DNA of 64,000 nt. It comes from Isurus oxyrinchus. Taxonomy: Eukaryota. Positions 26,901-38,900 of the stretch are shown here, piece by piece (position 1 is the first letter of the stretch; the number at the start of each line of letters is the position of its first letter). The position numbers and the translations under genes were made by a program. The notes under the pieces were generated by a model. The model saw only the letters and a list, made by a program, of their open reading frames with translations. It did not search any database and had not been told where the DNA came from. The stretch spans positions 236,964,001 through 237,028,000 of the forward strand of contig JANJGN010000002.1 in assembly GCA_026770705.1 (NCBI GenBank), written 5' to 3'.

Positions 26901-29900
26901 TTATGATTGCAGTCGATCTGAGCCCTTGGGCCGGCAGGACATTCCCAGAAAACAGAATCATTTGCTGTGCACTTTAGATTATGTAGCCAGATAGGCCCTG
27001 CTCCTGGGCCAAACCAACCGGAAACCGTTGCATTTAGAGCGTGTCCACACTTCAGCTGGTCACATACAACACGGGCGTCTGCTAAATCCCAGGAATCATC
27101 ACACACAGTCCCCCAGGTTCCATTGTAGTAAAGCTCCACCCTTCCGGCACAGCGACTTCCACCATCTGCCAGTCTTACCTGAATATGATCTCAGGACAGA
27201 AATGGCTACATTAACAGTGCTTTGTCCATGAAAGTGTTTCTAAACATTAGAAATTGATTCATTCCCAACTGTGTCTAACTACTATTCTTACAATTACTTA
27301 TTTGTCATTTTTCCGGCAACGTTTTGTGCAATAATATTGTCAATTCAAGTCTCCTCAAATGCAAATGCCAAATTGCCAGAAATCGTCACATTATTTAAAA
27401 AAAAATGAAAAAGAATAACGACTGATAATTTAAATACGCAGATATGAATTCTGTCTGAAACTTATTGATGGGAATTTTGAAAGCTTCAAATTCTAGCCTC
27501 GGCACATGGCCATCACTGGAAATGTTGGTTTTTCTTGTCCACCCTTCTAAAGTTAGTGATATAATTGACTGGTTTAGTAGAGTAATGCAGAAGGCAAACA
27601 ACTTGGCGTTAGACTAAACTACTGGCCAGATTAATCAGCATCGCAAGTCTCCTTCCCTAAGTGACATTAGCGACCTAGTTCGGTACAGTTACAGTGAAAA
27701 CTCTTGCTTCCAATGAGTACTCGCTATATCTAAACGTGCCACGCTGTATGTTTAGCCTGACCCCAGTGGTTTGGCGGTGCCATTTTGGCTCCTTCCATTG
27801 TTCAGCCAGTACAACTGAGGAATGTCACTGCACCAATCAACTCTATTTTTTTGTAAATTACATAAGGAGGGATGTACTACATTGGAAGTGGTTCAGAGAA
27901 TTATCACAAGGTGGATATCTGAGAAGCTGGAGTTGTCTTACGTGGAAAGGTTGAGCAAAATGGATCTATACTATTTTGAGTTTAGGAAGTTGATGACTGA
28001 TGTTTTTTCAAACATGTAAAATTCCAAGGGAGCTTGACAGAAAAGGTACTGAGAGGACGTTCCCTCTCCTGGGGATATCTAGAACTAAAGGGGCACTATT
28101 TAAAACCAAGGTGTCGCCCATTTGAGGCCGAGATGAGTTCGTCAGTCCTTTGAATTCACTCGCCAGATAAAGCAGCGGAGGTTGAGTCATTGAATTTTCA
28201 AAAGGCAAGTTAAATAGACTTTTGATTGGCAAATGAATCAACGGCTATTATGGGGAGGAGGGGAAGTGGAGTTAAGGCCACAATCAGATAAGCCATGAGC
28301 TTATTAATTAGCAGAGCAGGATCGAGGTGCTGAATGGCCTAGACCTGCTCGTATTTGTAATGTTGTTACATTCTCACCAATTTGATGGTTAGGCATAAAA
28401 ACAACTATGCCTTTGGAGTATTTTGAAACGTATTAAGGGAAAATGTAATGCAAAATAACGGATAGGGATAACATTCATGCCTTCTGATTCACGGGAACCC
28501 AACCACTCCTCCCTGATTCTCGTGTAAATTTAAAAAGCTGCTTCATTTTTTTTTATTCTTTCATGAGAGGTGGGCATCCCTGGCTAGGCCAGCATTTTTT
28601 TTCCACTCTCTAATTGCCCTTGACAAGGTGCTGGTCAGCTGCCTTTCATCTGCTCCACGTATATCGACAATCATAGGGACGGAGCTGCCGGATTTTAAGC
28701 CAGTGACAGGAAAGGAACGGCGATATATTTCTAAGTCAAAATGCTGAGTGGTTGGGGGCCAGTTTCAAAGTTGGGGAGCTCCCATTAGTCTGCTGCCCTT
28801 GTGCTTCTAGAGGGTAACGGTGGGTGGTTTGCAAAGTGCTGCCTAAGGAGCCTTCATGAGTCCCTGCTGTGCATTTCGTAGATGGTACACATTGCTGCCC
28901 CAGTTCCTCAGTGGTGGAGGGAGTGAATCTTTGTGGATGGACTGCAAATGAAGGGGTTTGCTTTCTCCTGTATGCCAACCCACGGAGATCGACGAGCAGA
29001 ATCTTATAAGTCTGAATTATTGTTTGTGCTTTCAGCAAGTGTCACATTTCCTTTCTTTCTTTCTCTTCATAGCTCAAAAGCTTTGGGAGGTATTTACAGA
29101 ACAGACACAGGCCTTTCAGTTCAACAGCTCTATGTCAGGTTTCAAAAGATATTTGAGAAGGTGCCACGTCAAATATCACCCTGCAAAATAGGACGTCATT
29201 GTCTACTGGCTGCCATATTAGCGTTGATAAATAATCAGTTAGGTAAAATGAAGCAGAGCTTATGGGTTAATGCGTTTTTTGGGGTTGGCAAGTTTTCCTA
29301 CTGGAGTGCCACAAGGATCATTGCTGGGGCCTCAGCTAGTTACAAACGAAATCGAAGATCTGGATGAAGGTACAGAATGTATGGTAACTAAATTTGTTGT
29401 TGACACCAAGATAGTTGTAAGCTAGCTGTCGGGAGAGATATGTGAATGCGCAAACAAATGGTGTATAATGTGATGGTAGTGATGGTATGTTTGGGCGCCC
29501 ATTTTGGCAGAAATAAGAGAAAACACTGATCTATTTAAGTGTAGATAGAATCAAGACCTTGCCCTTGAAAGAATTAGTTCAGTTCATCTCAAGTACTCCC
29601 CCTGATAGCAAACTCTTTAATTCCCTATTGGACTTATTATTAACTATCTCATCACAAAGGGCAGTTGTCCCATTACTATGATGGGAATGACCGTTGGATT
29701 ATTTATGAATATATAGTTGAAGAGTGATGCTCTAGACATTTTTCGTCAAGTAATGCAACAGGTTCGTACCGGAGCAAACCACGCCAACATCATCGGTAAT
29801 AGATAATTGTCTCGTTTGTGTAAAACTACAATTCCACAGAAAGGATTCACTTCCATTGCATTGGACGTTGCTAATCCACACTGGACCGGCACCTTTTCCA

Positions 29901-32900
29901 AACTTCGAGTTGTTATAAACACTTATTGCAGTGCCACAGTTCAGCTGCCTGCATACTACATCTGCATCATTGAAATTCCACTCAGTGTCCATCACTCTGC
30001 CCCAAACACCGCCATAATAAACCTCCACTCGGCCATCACAAACACTTTCTCCATTGATCAGTCGTACCTGCCTGTGTCCACCTGTAAGAATGCAATTTGG
30101 TAATTAAAGGTAATTGAATATTCCACAAAGTCATATTGTGGACATGCATTATAAAATTTAATATTTTTGTACTGTTTACCATTGTCTAGATTTGTTGATG
30201 TAATTATATGATGCAAATAGAGAATTCATTCGATTTCAGAAAGAGACAGAAATAGCAAGATGAATGTTTCAGAAACGCCAGTCATAACTGCTGTGATCAG
30301 GAGAACAAACCCATGACAGGAAAACAAGAAGAAAGATTGAGTTATTCGTCGCATGAAGCTTCAAAGATCAGGTCATGTGACTACCTTTCACGCCTTATTC
30401 ATTCGTGGGGTTTAGGCGTCGCTAGAACGACCAGAATGTATTGCCCTTCAGAAGGTGACCTTTTGGCGCCCTATTGAACGTACTACGATTGTACTGGTAG
30501 GGAAGGAATTACACGATCTTGAGCCAGCAACGAATTGGGACGGTGATCTTTTTCCAACTCGTGCAGGTTCGTGCGCTCAGCAAAAAGCAGGTTATCTAAG
30601 ACTTGGCATTTTGCAGTATGGTAGGATTAATTAATTATCTCAGATTAAAGGCACAGCTGGGTGACAGCGACCATAGTATGATTGAATTTTACAGCCAGTT
30701 TGAAAGGGAAAACCGTGTGTCTCAGACTAGTATTTTAAATTTAAATAAAGGCAACTATCTGCGCATGGAAGCAGAGCTGGGTTGAAGTGACCTGGGAAAC
30801 TAAGCTTGGTGATAGATCAATTGAGAAACGTGGCAGGCATCTATGGGTATATTTCAGAATATTCAGAATAAGCATATTCCTACAATTAAAAAAACCTAAA
30901 GGGAGGACCCATGATTCCTGGTTAACTAAAGAAATTAGGGAAAGCATCAAACTTAAGGAAAGGCTTTTAACTGCGCAAAGATAAGTGGCAAGTCATATAA
31001 TTTGTCAGAATACAATAAACGTCAGAGAATTATTAAAAGGTTGCTCGGGGGAAAGAAATTAGAGTATGAGAGGAACCTAGCTAGAAATGCTAGAACGGAT
31101 AGCAAGAGGTTTCACAAGTATTTAAAGAGGAAAGGAGCAGTCACTGAATCGGGGGTGGGCGGCATTCTTCTTGCCTTTCAGGGCCATGTATACTGCGCAG
31201 CAGCCTTGGGCTCGAAGCAGTGAGAGGTGTGCACGCAGTTGCACTTTAAAGATGCCGCCCGATGGGAGGAAGTGGCGAGGTGATGGCGTGGCGGGAAAAT
31301 GAGAGCCCGCCCGCTGTCGAAACAGCATATTTTCCTGCAATGCATAATTTATGAGGCGGGATTGGGTTTATAAAATGAGAAAAGTCACCATTGCGGCCCA
31401 TGGGTAACATGCTTTCTTTCCTGCCTTCTACCACTCTTGGTACAAATCTCGGATGCTTTTGCCCCAAATGAAGTGTTGCTCAATGAAAAACAATATGAAA
31501 TGTGAGTGAGAGGAATCTAAGGTGAGAATTGCAGAATTCAACCACCTGACGCTGTTCTGTCATTCAATTGGACACTCGTTCATCTGTGTTCGATTTAGAT
31601 CCACCTGCCCCTTGTCATATATATGCAATGTTATACTTGGCTAAAACAAATCAAAACAACTTCAGTTTGAAAATCAGTATGTAGCTGGCATCTATTTATT
31701 TTTGTGCAAAAAATATCTGCATTTCTTCAAAATTTTACAAGAGCTATTTTACAACTTTCTTCCTGAATTGCCTGGCTCTACTTTTAGTTTAAGCTTCCTT
31801 TGCATTGAACCTCGCCCCGGCAACAAAAAAAAACCTTCGTCTACCGTATCAATTTCTATCACAATCCCAAAAATAACAACCAGATCACTCTTGTAAAACA
31901 GGAGAATAGAAGGCTCCTTTATCCATTCTCTCATCATAATTTAATCCTGAGCCACGCTAAAATTAGGGGGAATCTCTGCTGATTTATCCTTTCTTAGCTG
32001 TCATGCCCAAAAATGTCCGTGATACACCAGATATTGTTTGGTTACGAGCTATACACATGCATGTTGGCTGAGGTGAAAGCACACGTCTTTGTACTAAAAT
32101 ATGGACGTCTATTTGAGGTGCAAGTGTATGTACTCCCTTGTGATTGATTTATGACCTCCCACCTTGGACAAAGATACGCACACCCTCCTGTGATTAATGT
32201 ATGTACATCGTCTTGAAAATGATTTATGCCACCCATTGGATCGAAGTTTTAACTGCATTTAAGGTCTGACCTCTAATGAAAAATCATATGCATTGTACAC
32301 GGAGGGTCTCTGCAGTGTTGGACCCGCGTTCCTCGCAGGGTTAATTCAGGTTCATTTCAATTTCCTCTGCCAATGGGTAGAAATTGAAGGTAAATAAATA
32401 ATTCAGGCTCTTGGCGACTGTAATAACTCAGGCCACTCTCTCCCAATTCACCCGAATAAAATGACATAATAAATGGGACGTTATATTACACATACTCGGG
32501 AAATCCTGCACCAAAATAAGTAATAATATAATTTTGAGAATCAGTGACAATGACAATAAATGACACACCTACCAGAACAGATGACACCAGCATCATTTTT
32601 GTGCGTGCACTGAAGGTGCCCCCAGGATGACACTGGGCAGTCGCTCAAACGCATCTCATTGCCTATACATTCATTGATATCATTCCATATCGAACCAATA
32701 CCCTCTCCAAAGAATGCTCCTCCTGGCGTTGATACCACAGCCCCACAGCCAAGTTGATTGCAGACTACAGCCGCATCCTGTAAATCCCAGTAGGTATCGC
32801 AAACTGTACCCCAGATGTTGCCCAGCAATATTTCCACTCTTCCTGAGCAAGGGTCATCACCACCAACTAACCGCGGTCCTTTATGTCCTTTTTGCAGAAA

Positions 32901-35900
32901 CAAAGAACATTTTTGCAGCTTATTCATATTCCATTGGAAAGCCTTTTCCTCCCTTAACCTATCAAATGTGCAGCAATGGAATCTGAGTATTGCTGACAAA
33001 ATACATTCCATCAAAGCTTGTCACTTTGCGCTCACCAGCACAATCGCAAGAATACCCATGTCAAGTCAATTTTATGGAGACTACTTCCCAATGAATCAGC
33101 AGGCTCTTCTCATAAGGTGTAAAGTTGTTGCTTCCTCTTAAATTGGTATTCTTGTGATTGACCTGATGAGTGCAAGAATAAAAGCTTCGACAAAATATAT
33201 ATTTTTTCTCAAATACTCAAGTTGCAAATTGTTCAAAAGAAAAAAACAAGAATCAAGAGAAAAACCGGAAAATAGTGAGTAATACTGAAACAAATAATCT
33301 TTCTTCCATGACATCGCAATAACAATTAACACTACACTGCAGCAACAGAGCGAAAGAGGAGTTTCTGTGGAACAAATGCTGGGAGTGCATTTAGAGTCAT
33401 GGCCAAGACTGAAACGCCAACGGAGTATGAATTCAATTTTCTGAAAACAGTGTTAGAATTATGCCTATCAAGGCAGGTTATTTATTTGTCAAATTGGAAA
33501 GACATGGCCTGTTTTGGACAACTGATTGCTAACCGGGTATTTTTATAGAAAAGGTTCTCTGCTCACTTTCGAACTATCAACAAATAAGCCTCTTCAAAGA
33601 AATAATATAAACTTGAAAAGGAAATGAAAACAAAACTTGAATTGGCAGCAAATGAATAAGAAAATCAAAGAGAAAGACTGGAAAGTGAAAAGGAGGGAGC
33701 ATTTCAAAGGGAAAAAGCAGAAAGGCAGGTGAAATAACGAGACCAAGATAAGCTAAGAGAACTTGAGCTGCAGAGGGAAAAGTTAATAATGGAAGAAAGA
33801 GAATAGGAAGGAGGAAGGAAATAAGGGCTTAACAGGCTGGGATTGAAAAACGAGGCCTCAGTTATGGAAGAAGCTTCTGATGATAGGCTCATTGAAATCT
33901 ACAGCACAAAGGGAGGCCATTTTGCACATCATATCAGTGCCGGTCAACAAAGAACTGATAACACTAATCCCATTTTTCAATGCATGTCCCGTAGTCCTGG
34001 AGGCTATGGCAACTCGAGCGATTATCTAAATAATACTTAAATGTTACGAGGGTTTCTGAGTCAACCATCCTTTTAGGTGGTGAGTTCCAGACTTCCACCA
34101 CCCTTCCGTGTGAAAGGATTTCTCCTAAACAGCCCTCTTAACCTTCTGCCTCTCACCTGAAATCTCTGTCCCCTGGTTATTGGCCCCGTAATAATGGAAA
34201 ATAAGTGACTTTCTATCCATCTGTGCCTTCATAATATTTTAAGCCTCTATCAGGTTCCGTCTCAAACTTTGCTGCTCCAAGGAAAACAACCACAGCCTAT
34301 CCAAAATTCCCTCATATTTCGGACCCCCTGGCCCAGCCAGCATCATGCCAAAACTCCTCTGCACCCTCTCTAGTGCAATCAAGTCCTTCATGGCCCTAAT
34401 GAAACAACCTCCAAACTAAAGACCAATAGGGAGATGTTTAAATTTGTGCAAGGCCTCCAAATGTTTGAGGAAAGGGATGTGGAGGCGTTATTAATTTTGA
34501 ATGAGAAGGTATCCAAGTAAATGAAGTATCCAAGAGAAATGTGGACATTGCCCTTACAAATTATGTTGGTGTTAGAGCTCAGGAGGTTTATGCTTCACTT
34601 TCAGAAGTGGTATTAGTGTAATATTATGCAGTGAAAGAAAAAGTTATTCTTAGTGCATGAGGATTAGTCCCTGTGGTATAGAGGCATAGATCTAGGAATA
34701 TATTGAAACAACCTGGGCAGAATTCCATTGAATTTGAGAGTGCAAAGCAAAGCAATTTCGTCAGTGGATACAAGCATTAAAGCTAGACAGAACATATGAA
34801 GCTCTTACAAAAATTATTTCCCTGGAAGAATTTTAAAGTTCACTTCTCTAATAGTCAGAACCCATGATGAATATCAAAGGGACGCAAAAGGTGCACAGGC
34901 CGTGGAGATCGCTAACAATTATGAACCGGTCCATAAATTCAAACTCTTTTTCCGTCACTCTCACATGCCCATGAAAGAGAGCACCTGGGGAGGTGAAAAG
35001 AAAGCAAGCAGCCAGGGAAGAGAAGGGACAGCTGGGAATTTTCTGGAAGCTCCTCCTCAGGCAAGAAAGAAAGGTGCTGAGGGTGGTAGTGATATTCTAA
35101 GGCCTAAGTAGCTCCATTATAAAGAAGTGAGACATGTTTGTGCTGATTGCTGGAAGTTGCACAGGTAGTCCAGGGGACATGTTGGATATGTAAGGATGTT
35201 TCAGGAGAAGGTGCCATGACTGAAAGTATAACAGACCAAGTTGTAGCGCTCACTGCCGCTGTGAAACTGAATGTGAACACTGCTGTGAGTTCAGGAGAAG
35301 TGAATGAGATACATCGGAGTTATAAGGAATTTTTCTCGAGGGGGAAAGGAATACTATATCCCTCAAGTGAGACTGGTAAAACGTAAATCATACTAAGGGA
35401 TATGGGAGCCACACAAACAGTTTTGCAAGGGAAATGCATAACTTATCCACCAGACAGCGCATTACATGCCAAAGCTTTAGTCAATCGTACTCCTGGGGAG
35501 CATATGAACGTACATTTTTACCAGGTGCACCTGGTGTTTATTTTTTTTCTAGGGCAGTGACGGTAGGGGCTGTTCAGTAGTTACCACAGGTAGAGTTGAT
35601 TTACTCACTGGAGGTGATTTAGCTGGAGCGATGTGGTAGCTTCTCTCACAATTACAGAAATCCCAAGTGAGGCTAAAGGTACAGAGCAGTTACAGGAAAA
35701 GGTTACAGGAATTTTTTCCTTCATTTGTGATGTCCTGAGCAATGCATAAGCTAAGTGCATCATCAAAAGTCAAAGTGATAGCACAGGAAAATATTTAGCT
35801 TGCAGAAACTTTCTTGAAAGGCTTGGATAATGCAAAAGAGTTGTGTAACAAAGCTCCTCTTGTTGAGGTTCAAGAAACTGACCCAGGGTTAAATAATATA

Positions 35901-38900
35901 ATATAATAAGGTGGCATGGTCGGGAAAGTGCCAGGCAGCTTTTGAGAATTTGAAGGTGATCCTAATTAATGAAGCAATATTGGCCGCCCCTAATTTCACT
36001 AAACCCTTCAAGTGGGCGATCAATGCTAGTGACTTGGGGTTGGGTGCGGTTTTATTGCAAGAAGATGAATCTGGACTAGAAAAGCCAATGTTTTACATTT
36101 CGAAAAAAAAGAATCAGCGTCAAAAGACATGTTGCACAGTAGAAAAGGAAACCCTGTGATTGCTCCTGGCTGTTAAATATTTTGAGGTATCTATCCATCA
36201 TGGGTGACAAGAAACCCTAGTACATACTGACCATAATCTCTTGGAATATGAGGAAATAATTTAAGTCTCAGAGTGACAATGTGTTTGAATGGAGCTTGAT
36301 AATACACCATTCTAACTTCAAAACTTCATATTGTTGGGAAAGTTATTAAAATTCCTAAACAAAAATAATAATACCTGGAAATTTCAGCAGGTCCGACAGC
36401 ATCTTCAGAGAGGAACACAATTAATGTTTCGAGTCCGTACTCTTCTTCAACAGAACGAAGGGCAAATAGAAAAGAGGTGAAATATAAACTATTTTAAGGT
36501 AGAGGGGAGAGGTGGTTGGGGGATGGAACAGGTGGAGCTGGATAGAGCGCCGGTGATAAGTGGAGATAGCTAACAGATGTCATAGACTGAAGTACAACAT
36601 GTCTATGACATCTTTTGGCTATCTCTACCTGTCAATAGCCCACTATCCAGCTCAACCTGTTCCCCCCCACCCACCTCACCCCCCACACACACCTTAAACA
36701 ACATTAAATTTCACATTTTTTCTATGTTTCCTTATTTCTGTTGAAGAGTTATACAGACTCGAAACGTTAACTGTTTTCCGCCACACAGATGCTCTCAGAC
36801 CTGTTGAGCTTTTCCAACTATTTTTGTTTTTTTTTTTATTTCCAACATCCGCAGTTGTTTGATTTTATCTTACTATAATTCCTGAAGCATTATCAGGAAT
36901 GCATTTGTTTCAATTGTCTGCAATGCAATAAAGTCAGGAAAATGTACATAATCTGTGTAAGGAGTGAACGGCTGAGTTAGTGCATGTTTGATTGCTGTTT
37001 AGAGGTCGTACTTATCGTTCTCTGAATACTTTGTGATGAAACACATTTGGAAGTGGTGTTTCATCTGTTATTCATGGAGGCAGCTTAGAATCAAATCTCT
37101 CAAGGCTGATTTTTTATTTTACAAAATGGAAGGACGTGGCATGACTTTTTTTAAAGGAGGCCATAAGTTCACCTTTGAACTAAGAGCAAGTAGTCATCTT
37201 CCAAGAAATTGCTCGACCTTTATGTTAATGGAGAAAGATCAGATTGTTTGTTTTGAACTGTAATCAATTTAACTGATGGAAATAAAAACTGAAAAGGAAG
37301 ATGGAGAACTTGCTGGACATCCTTTGAGTCAGAGTAAAAAAAAACTTGAGTTGTGAAGCTGCTGGTTTTGAAGGCAGACTTGTTGGGGAACAACCTGAGG
37401 AAGGAAATCCAGGCTCGGTGGCTCTCTCACCTTGTTGCCTAAAATTGTGTTTGACTATCAAGCTGTAGCCATAGAGCCCTCAAATGAGTCTGCATTTGGA
37501 CCTGCAAACCCGAGACCAACTGCTAAGAGCTTCCAGACATCCACGGGGACCAGTGGCCGATCTTCACACGAGAGAACGACAGGCCAATGTTGTTATGAAC
37601 TCGTGGACTTTATCCTTTATAATATCACGCCCATCCTTCAAAGCCCTTCTCTACAGAAAATCTTTCTATGTGTATTTTGCTTGCCAGTGTCCGTATCAGA
37701 GTATGTCCTGGGGGAATTCTTTAGGAATGGTTAGATAGTGTGAGACCCAATTACAATTGTGTGTTAACATATTGTGAAAAAAGAAGTTTTGTTTTAAAAT
37801 AATTCATCATTCTGAATTTTTTGGAATACTGGTCAGAGTATTTACTCTGGGTTCTTGACCTATAATTCTTAACGTGCAATTGGCCACTTCGGTGAGAAAG
37901 ACAACAGTTGATTTCATGGTGCGGCCTGCCGAGTAGTGGGGTTTGATAATTCGTGCACTTCTCCCATCCCAGTCATAAGGAAAAGAAAGATATACCCTAG
38001 GTAGGAGTGATCAGTTGAAGAAAACTTTGGACTTTTGTTCATCTGAGTGCCGTGAAGCAAAATATCCTAACAGATTAGCAGCATGCTGATAGAAACTCCT
38101 GAAAATGACGAACTTAATGCTGAAAGAAAACGATGGGTCTTCGGTTGAAAGGTGGTGCTGGCCTGTCGAAAGGAAGGAGACCTGTGCGAACAATGTTTCA
38201 GTCTTGTAGTGGGCTCTAAAATGTGTATTATTCTAATCCTGTTTTGGTGGGTAAAAACGAAATCAATTAGAATCCTGGGGGTTTTAATGTAACTCCCTCA
38301 AACTCCGGGTTTGGCTGGAATTTGAGCTGTGGACTCCAATAGTTAGTTGTCAATCGGTGCATCAGGTGTAATGCAAAGTTTTATTTAAATTACAGATGTC
38401 GTCTTGAAAATAACAAATAAATTGATTTGATATAAATAAAGAACGTGATATCACAGCGTCACTGCCAGACACTGATATTGCAATGACAACTGCAATCTTG
38501 TTCTGATACTGATCATCAACAATATTTCCCATATAAATTATGGAGCTGAAGAGAAGAAATGCATCGAATCTATAAAAGCACTTGCACGAATGTTAAGCTA
38601 TCTGCGGTCCACCAGACCTGGGTTTAGGAAGGAATGAAACACTTACCTGAACAAATGACACTGACGTCATGTCTGTGCGTACAGTTGTATTGATTTCTTG
38701 GAGTAGTGGGGCAGTCCCAGAGAATGGCTTCATTACCCTGACATTCATAGACATCCTGCCAAATAGGACCACTGCCTTCACCAAAATAAGCCTCTCCGGG
38801 CACCGATATCACATCCCCACATTTCAGCGATGCGCAAACCACACGGGCGTCCGGTGAATCCCAATTTGATTGACACACAGTCCCCCAGGTGCCTCCATAC

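Larger units (their letters stand above)
33340..37980 (+). mobile_element. Decayed Gypsy LTR retrotransposon (gag, protease, RNase H, probable 3' LTR ~37140-37980) with nested insertions
   Basis: Protease-like [10 protein letters not shown] (~35390); [13 protein letters not shown]…APNFTKPF…[15 protein letters not shown] (35911-36159); gag remnants at 34430-35160. Confidence 0.75.
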
